Shown here in pieces: positions 58,604 to 64,000 of a DNA stretch of 64,000 bases (positions are counted from its first letter, which is position 1; each line of letters begins with the position of its first letter). The translations under genes were made by a program, and so were the position numbers. Below the pieces are notes generated by a model, which saw only the letters and a list, made by a program, of their open reading frames with translations, was not told the DNA's origin and searched no databases. Location: positions 90,486 to 154,485 of the forward strand of contig BPJL01000001.1 of assembly GCA_026004595.1 (NCBI GenBank), written 5' to 3'. Source of the DNA: Patescibacteria group bacterium (GTDB lineage: Bacteria; Patescibacteriota; WWE3; UBA101185; UBA10185).

Positions 58604-59371
58604 TTGAAAACTCTGCGTAGTAATTTCCGTTATCTGATTTGTATAATAAAACTCATGTTTGGAAACTACCCAGTTAATGATGATTGGGTTTTCTTTTGGC
58701 AGGTAAAAGCTTTCTCAGAGGGAATATTTAAGTTAAATGCAGAGCTTGATCCATCTTTTGTGGTGCAGGGGGTTCTTGGTCTTTTCTGGTCAAAAATATT
58801 TGGGTTAAGTTATATTTCCCTGCAGATTTTGACTTTTCTATTATCTCTAGGAACTGCATTTTTCGTTTATCATATTATCCGAATACAAGGATCAAAAAAG
58901 GCTATTGCTATCCTTGGGGCATTAACTCTATTTTTCAACCCTCTTTTTTTTGCATCTTCTTTTACTTTTATGACAGATAACTATCTTTTATTTTTCCTTT
59001 CGGCTGCAAGCTATTTTTTTATTCGTTATCTTAAGATGGACTCTTACAAAGATTTGTTTGTGAGTTCCCTTTTCGGTTTCTTGGCTGCCATGACAAGACA
59101 GAATGGAGCTTTAATTTTTGTTCCTATGATTGTACTTGGTTTTACAGCGCCAAAGGATAAAATCAAAAAAATATTGGTACCGACGATTTTTCTAGTCATT
59201 TCTATCTTTGGGTCTTTTGTTTGGCCAAGATTTGGGGTGAATAAACGTTTCGTTGAGATAGAGGATTTTACCGTGCGTTTGTCTACTCTTTTGTATGCTC
59301 CGCAGTATTTGGTGATTTTTTTATCTCCTGTATTAATGGGGTTTACGTTGGAGTTGAGGGGGAAAAATTAG
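58604..59371 (+). CDS. GT-C fold glycosyltransferase (PMT/ArnT-like), N-terminal part
   Basis: Polytopic. First-loop acidic DD motif (YPVNDDWVFFW). Continues in the +1 frame into the next ORF. Confidence 0.45.
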   Translation: MKTLRSNFRYLICIIKLMFGNYPVNDDWVFFWQVKAFSEGIFKLNAELDPSFVVQGVLGLFWSKIFGLSYISLQILTFLLSLGTAFFVYHIIRIQGSKKAIAILGALTLFFNPLFFASSFTFMTDNYLLFFLSAASYFFIRYLKMDSYKDLFVSSLFGFLAAMTRQNGALIFVPMIVLGFTAPKDKIKKILVPTIFLVISIFGSFVWPRFGVNKRFVEIEDFTVRLSTLLYAPQYLVIFLSPVLMGFTLELRGKN

Positions 59372-59414
59372 AAGGGCTTTTTATGTTGCAACGGTTTTCC
59401 TTTTTGCATATTTA

Positions 59415-59900
59415 TTGTTTGTTACTGACATCTTTCCTATGGGCAATGTTTTGTATCTAGAAGAGCTATATTCAAAATCGGATTTCAGATCAAATTTCAG
59501 CATTTTTGACAACATTTTTGCTAAATTATTTTTTTCCATTCTGTGGGGCATGGCGTTTGCAAAGGGTACGGTACTTATGTACGAGAAGACAAAGAAAGGA
59601 GGCAGGCTGTTCGAGCTAACCGCACAGGAGGCTTTTGTAGCTGTTTCTGCGTCTATAAATTTCGCTGTGTTACTTGTTCCCTCTGACATATACGATAGAT
59701 ATCTTCTACCGACGTTTCTGTTTTTGCTGATATTTTTGCTGGGTAAATTAGCAAAAGATGCGAAATCGCCGGGAGTTTATCCTTATATTAGTATAGCGAT
59801 GTTGGTTATTATATCAGTATTTTTGCAGTGGGATTTTTCAGCCAGAAACAGGTTGATGTGGAAGCAGGTGGAGGACTTAAGACAGTTAACCCGGCTTTAG
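59415..59900 (+). CDS. GT-C fold glycosyltransferase, C-terminal part (likely same gene as 58604..59371, separated by a frameshift)
   Basis: TM-rich ORF starting at TTG. Its reading frame is open back to 59358 (GGKIRRAFYVATVFLFAYLLF...), overlapping the previous ORF across a GGGGGAAAAA run. Confidence 0.35.
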   Translation: MFVTDIFPMGNVLYLEELYSKSDFRSNFSIFDNIFAKLFFSILWGMAFAKGTVLMYEKTKKGGRLFELTAQEAFVAVSASINFAVLLVPSDIYDRYLLPTFLFLLIFLLGKLAKDAKSPGVYPYISIAMLVIISVFLQWDFSARNRLMWKQVEDLRQLTRL

Positions 59901-60364
59901 CACAAGTATAAATTTTAATGACACATATATTAATCACACTGTTATTCGCGAGACCCGAGATTTTACAGGTCTTGAGCCACGACGTGGGAGTTTTGAGCCG
60001 GTATGTTTTATTCAGGATTATACAACTGAGACTTTAAGCTGGTTTTTTGGCAAGATTGAGGGGCTGTCAAACATGTTATCTACCAAAGGCCTGACAAATC
60101 CTAAACCGCCGACGGTGAGGAAGAAAAATTTACCTAGAATTAAAAACAATCTGGATAAGCTTATATATAATGAAGAGTATTTTTCACCGATATACGGTCT
60201 AATTGGGAAGAAAGCATATGTAGGAAGCTTCTGTGTAGATTCAATGAGAGATTAAATTTAAAACTTGAACTCTAGGTAGAAGTTTCAGCAATTTTTATCT
60301 GCTAATCGAAAATACCGCTCAAGTGAAAGATTTGAGTGTTGCTCTGGAACAAAATAGAAACACT

Positions 60365-60766
60365 TTACAGAAGACTGGCTCTTTTGTTTTCACCTATTTT
60401 TAAGAGTTTTGCTGTACCTTCGCCCCTTCCTGCGCCATTTTGGTCAACAAGCAATAAGTATAAACTGTCTTTTTCCGGCCATAGATTGTACGGATTATTT
60501 TTTGCGGAATCGGGGGTTGACTTTACCCTTAAATATTCTTCCCAATATGTTGTACCTAAATCCCTCCTCAAAACACCCGCGTAGTCAGTTCCTTTGTAGA
60601 TCGGAAGGTTCATACTTGGTCTTTGGACGAGTGTATATTCAAAATTATTGCCAACAACCACTTTTTTGATTTGATCATTTTTGTAAAGCGGGGTTTGGCC
60701 GCCGTCATTTTTATCACTTCCAAAGAACTTGCATATATACCTGATTACGCTTAAACAAATAGACAT
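60365..60766 (-). CDS. Hypothetical protein
   Basis: 133-aa ORF with no recognisable motif. Divergent from the next ORF. Confidence 0.2.
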   Translation of the reverse strand: MSICLSVIRYICKFFGSDKNDGGQTPLYKNDQIKKVVVGNNFEYTLVQRPSMNLPIYKGTDYAGVLRRDLGTTYWEEYLRVKSTPDSAKNNPYNLWPEKDSLYLLLVDQNGAGRGEGTAKLLKIGENKRASLL

Positions 60767-60815
60767 TGATTGTCCACATTTTCAAGACTTGGTTACTACT
60801 TTATACTTATAGTTA

Positions 60816-61406
60816 ATGCCACCGATTTTTAATAAAAATTCTTCAATAGCATCAGCTGTTTCATATGTTACTCCGACTTTTGACCCAGAAGCTCTCAAAA
60901 ATGTCAAAAGTAAGGTTGATTTAGACAGGTACATTTTGAGGCAGACACAGGGGGAGTCGGTTTTGCTCACAGAAGCTTACGACATACCATCATTGATGTA
61001 TATCACCAACGTAATATACAGTTCCTCGCCTGAATTGGTGCTTGTAACAAAAGATGGTTTGAAAGTTCAGATTTTTGATTTTACATCAGATCCGGTAATA
61101 AGACCTTCCGAAATTATTACATCATTTTCAATATTAAATAAGGAAATCCCTGAAGGTAAATCAGAGCAAGATATTAGAATAAATATTCAGGAAATATGGG
61201 AAAGAGAAACATCAGAAGATGTTTTACAAAAGCTTTATATCTGTTTGAAAAACATTCTAAAACAATCCCCCGAAACAACTAAAACAACCTTAATTGGTAA
61301 AGAACCGGTAGTTTTATTTTTACTTACCCAACATATTTTAGCTACTAGAACTAAAGAGTTATGGTACCAAAGTGATTTAGATTCAAAACCAGTGAGGATA
61401 TATTAG
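60816..61406 (+). CDS. Hypothetical protein (possibly co-transcribed with the downstream helicase)
   Basis: 196-aa ORF ending 1 nt before the helicase start codon. Confidence 0.3.
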   Translation: MPPIFNKNSSIASAVSYVTPTFDPEALKNVKSKVDLDRYILRQTQGESVLLTEAYDIPSLMYITNVIYSSSPELVLVTKDGLKVQIFDFTSDPVIRPSEIITSFSILNKEIPEGKSEQDIRINIQEIWERETSEDVLQKLYICLKNILKQSPETTKTTLIGKEPVVLFLLTQHILATRTKELWYQSDLDSKPVRIY

Positions 61407-61407
61407 T

Positions 61408-63546
61408 ATGGCAATTCCTTACCAAAGACGAGATGAAGGTCAATATCACGAGGCTAAGGCGCCGGAAGAGGCATTAAAAGGTTTGGATTACCCTGTTGTA
61501 GAAAATAGAGAAAAGATAATGGAAGTAGCACGAGAGCATGTCAATTTTGTACTTGTTGGGGAAACAGGTTCCGGTAAAACAACATGTTTGCCAATAATGT
61601 TAATGGAGATAAAGGGGGAACTAGGCTTAGAAGGAAAGATAGCAGTTACCCAACCTAGACGTGTTGCTGCAAGAAGTGTTGCTAAAAGAGTGTCTGATCT
61701 TATGGGTTGCGAGGTTGGACAAGATGTCGGTTATCAGGTGCGGTTTGAAGATCATACAACAGAAGGTACTGAGATCAACTTTATGACTGACGGTATTTTG
61801 CTTAGAAAAATGCAATTTGATCCCCTACTAAAAGACTATTCTATTGTTATGGTAGATGAGGCGCACGAGCGAAGCTTGAATATTGATCTTTGTTTAGGTT
61901 TACTCAAAAACGCAAACAATAAAAGAGCGAAAGCAGGAATGGAACCTATTAGAATCGCTGTTACTTCAGCCACAATTGAGCGTGAAAAGTTTGCAAAATA
62001 CTTTGGTAATGGAGAATCAGGTAATTCTATAGAGGTACCAGGAAAAATGTATCCAGTACAAGTTTTCTATGAAACACAAAATCCTAGAGATTTTATGCAA
62101 GCAGGTGCAGAAAAGGTGAAACAAATAGTTGAAAGTGGGGATCCCGGTGACATTTTGGTTTTTATGCCTGGTAAAGAAGAGATAGATAGAACCATCGAAG
62201 ACATTGAAAAGTTAATAGACCCAGATTCAGTTGAGATTATTAGACTCCACGCGGATATGTCTCCGGAAGACCAAGATCGTATTTTTCATCCTAATAGTAG
62301 AAGAAAGATAATAGTCTCGACAAATATTGCTGAGACATCCGTAACGGTTCCGGGTGTGAGACATGTTGTTGACTCTGGGTATATTAAACAGATTGAGTTC
62401 GATGCCGAAACTGGTATAGAGCAGCTTGTGTTACGACCGCATGCGTTGAGTGGTTTAGAACAAAGAAAAGGACGTGCAGGAAGAATCGCACCTGGTAAAT
62501 GTTACCGATTATTTGCTGAAGATAGTTTAAAGGAACGTTTACAGTATCAAACCCCGGAAATACAAAGATCGGAATTGGCTCACGTTGTACTGACAATGAA
62601 GAAAATTGGTATAGATGATGTTGAAGGTTTCGATTTCATTGATCCCCCAGAAGCATCATCTCTCCATCAAGCTATTGAGACACTCAAAACTTTGGGTGCT
62701 TTAGACCAACACGGTAATCTTACTGAAACTGGGGATTTAATGGCAGAACTAGGTTTAGAACCAAAGTTAGGAAGAATGGTCATTGAAGCACATAAGCATG
62801 GTTGTGTAGAGGATATATGTACTATTGCCGCCTTCTTTGGTGGGAAAAAATTATTTGTAAGACCAAGGGAAAAAGAAAAAGAAGCTGATCTAGCACACGC
62901 ACAGTTTAAAGATGAAAACTCAGATTTTATTTCATATCTTAATGTTTGGGATGCTTATGTACAGAATGGTTATAGAGATCAGTGGGCAAGAGAAAACTTC
63001 TTGAACGGTAGAGTTCTGGACGAGACCAGGAAAGTCCGTTACGAGCTTCTTAGGGTTTTACGACGAAATGGTATTTTGGTAAATGGTAATGGAAATGGCG
63101 GAGTCCACGAACATGACAAAGAAGCTATTGGAAAAGCTGTAACAGCAGGTTTAATTGGTGGACTAATGGAATATGACAGGAGGTATTCTTTTAGGAAAAT
63201 AGATGGAACTGAAAATGGTATTTATATTCACCCATCATCATCAACATTTGGCATTAGTGATTCCCGTTTTTTACTGGTTTCGGCTGAGATATTTAAGAAT
63301 CCGCAGGGAAAAATATACGCTAGCAATTGCCAAATGGTTAAACCCGAATGGATTCCAGAAGTTGCTCCTCAACTTGTTGTGCCTGAATCACCTTATGGTG
63401 CAAGATATGATTCAAAAACGGATGCGGTGGTTAGGGACATTGCTCTTAGGCTGAAAGGAAGCATCAACGATACCGTAGTTGGTAAACGCAGAGAAGTAGT
63501 TGAAGGTCCTGAGGCAGTAAAAGTTTTTGCGGGACGCATTAGTTAG
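61408..63546 (+). CDS. ATP-dependent DEAH-box RNA helicase, HrpA/HrpB-like
   Basis: Walker A GETGSGKTT. DEAH (VMVDEAHERS). Helicase C motifs (QRKGRAGR). HA2 and OB-fold-like C-terminal region. Confidence 0.8.
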   Translation: MAIPYQRRDEGQYHEAKAPEEALKGLDYPVVENREKIMEVAREHVNFVLVGETGSGKTTCLPIMLMEIKGELGLEGKIAVTQPRRVAARSVAKRVSDLMGCEVGQDVGYQVRFEDHTTEGTEINFMTDGILLRKMQFDPLLKDYSIVMVDEAHERSLNIDLCLGLLKNANNKRAKAGMEPIRIAVTSATIEREKFAKYFGNGESGNSIEVPGKMYPVQVFYETQNPRDFMQAGAEKVKQIVESGDPGDILVFMPGKEEIDRTIEDIEKLIDPDSVEIIRLHADMSPEDQDRIFHPNSRRKIIVSTNIAETSVTVPGVRHVVDSGYIKQIEFDAETGIEQLVLRPHALSGLEQRKGRAGRIAPGKCYRLFAEDSLKERLQYQTPEIQRSELAHVVLTMKKIGIDDVEGFDFIDPPEASSLHQAIETLKTLGALDQHGNLTETGDLMAELGLEPKLGRMVIEAHKHGCVEDICTIAAFFGGKKLFVRPREKEKEADLAHAQFKDENSDFISYLNVWDAYVQNGYRDQWARENFLNGRVLDETRKVRYELLRVLRRNGILVNGNGNGGVHEHDKEAIGKAVTAGLIGGLMEYDRRYSFRKIDGTENGIYIHPSSSTFGISDSRFLLVSAEIFKNPQGKIYASNCQMVKPEWIPEVAPQLVVPESPYGARYDSKTDAVVRDIALRLKGSINDTVVGKRREVVEGPEAVKVFAGRIS

Positions 63547-63661
63547 GGAAGAAGTTCCGCTATCAGAGGCGCTAAAATCCATTATCGAAAAAGAATAAAC
63601 AGGAAGTTGCCCGTTTAAACGATTTATGGCGTCGAGCCGAAGGAAATTTTGAGGGTTAAAT

Positions 63662-64000
63662 ATGGAAAAAGAGTTTTCTAATGAAGATTTAAGTCAATTT
63701 TATAGAGAAAGGCTAGAAGGTGCTGGTGTGTCGTCAGCAGCAGCTTTAACTAAAGCAGTTGAAGCAGGTACTATCGATATTTCTTTGGATATTTCTAAAA
63801 TAGTTTCTCCTGAAAGACAACAGGAAATTCTTAAGAACAGCCCAGATAGTGTTGAAGTAGGAGAAAAAACTTATGGTGTTAACTATACCTACGAAGCTTA
63901 CTATAAAAAGCATGTGGCAAGTATTACTATTCCGATGGAGGAAATTTTTGAAGTTGAATATATACCTGCGCTACCATCTGGTAGAACCCTTGTTGTAAAA
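63662..64000 (+). CDS. Hypothetical protein (5-prime part; runs off window end)
   Basis: Open frame from ATG 63662 (MEKEFSNEDLSQFYRERLEGAGV...) with no stop before position 64000. Confidence 0.3.
   Translation, partial: MEKEFSNEDLSQFYRERLEGAGVSSAAALTKAVEAGTIDISLDISKIVSPERQQEILKNSPDSVEVGEKTYGVNYTYEAYYKKHVASITIPMEEIFEVEYIPALPSGRTLVVK

Overview
This window reads as a contiguous chromosomal segment from a small-genome, AT-rich bacterium using the standard genetic code. TGA acts as a stop at the sufD/sufS junction. Gene content and architecture (short sufD, alaS without the C-Ala domain, many membrane glycosyltransferases) suggest a Candidate Phyla Radiation-like organism. The 5-prime end (1..~4850) is an integrated element that ends at a tRNA-Asn. 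It encodes an excisionase-type HTH protein, a DUF5659 protein, winged-helix proteins, a SpoVG-like protein and a large serine recombinase. The rest is mostly core genome, in order: suf Fe-S operon with an ArsR-type Cys-rich regulator; hpf; tRNA-Ile(UAU); xerC/D; ftsB-like; tRNA-fMet and tRNA-Met; trpS-ftsH-tatD; a block of cell-envelope glycosylation genes; tRNA-Cys with a duplicated 3-prime end; alaS; groES/groEL with a CIRCE-like operator; hsp20. The most unusual region is 34242..41862. It holds an SDR-epimerase::DUF4012 fusion, a giant PrgI (VirB3-like) family protein with a coiled-coil stalk and a C-terminal beta-sandwich domain, and a Tn916-Orf16-type VirB4 ATPase encoded as two polypeptides. 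This module sits directly against dnaN and no other T4SS parts are in the window. Further on come an origin-type cluster without dnaA (rpmH-rnpA-yidD-yidC-jag-dnaN), miaB-like/miaA, an RNase P RNA in a GC-rich island, mltG, ftsEX with an M23 peptidase, frameshifted tsaE and a decayed tsaB, a lipid-linked glycosylation module (epimerase, GT2, DsbA/VKOR, frameshifted GT-C), and an HrpB-like DEAH helicase. No CRISPR array was found.
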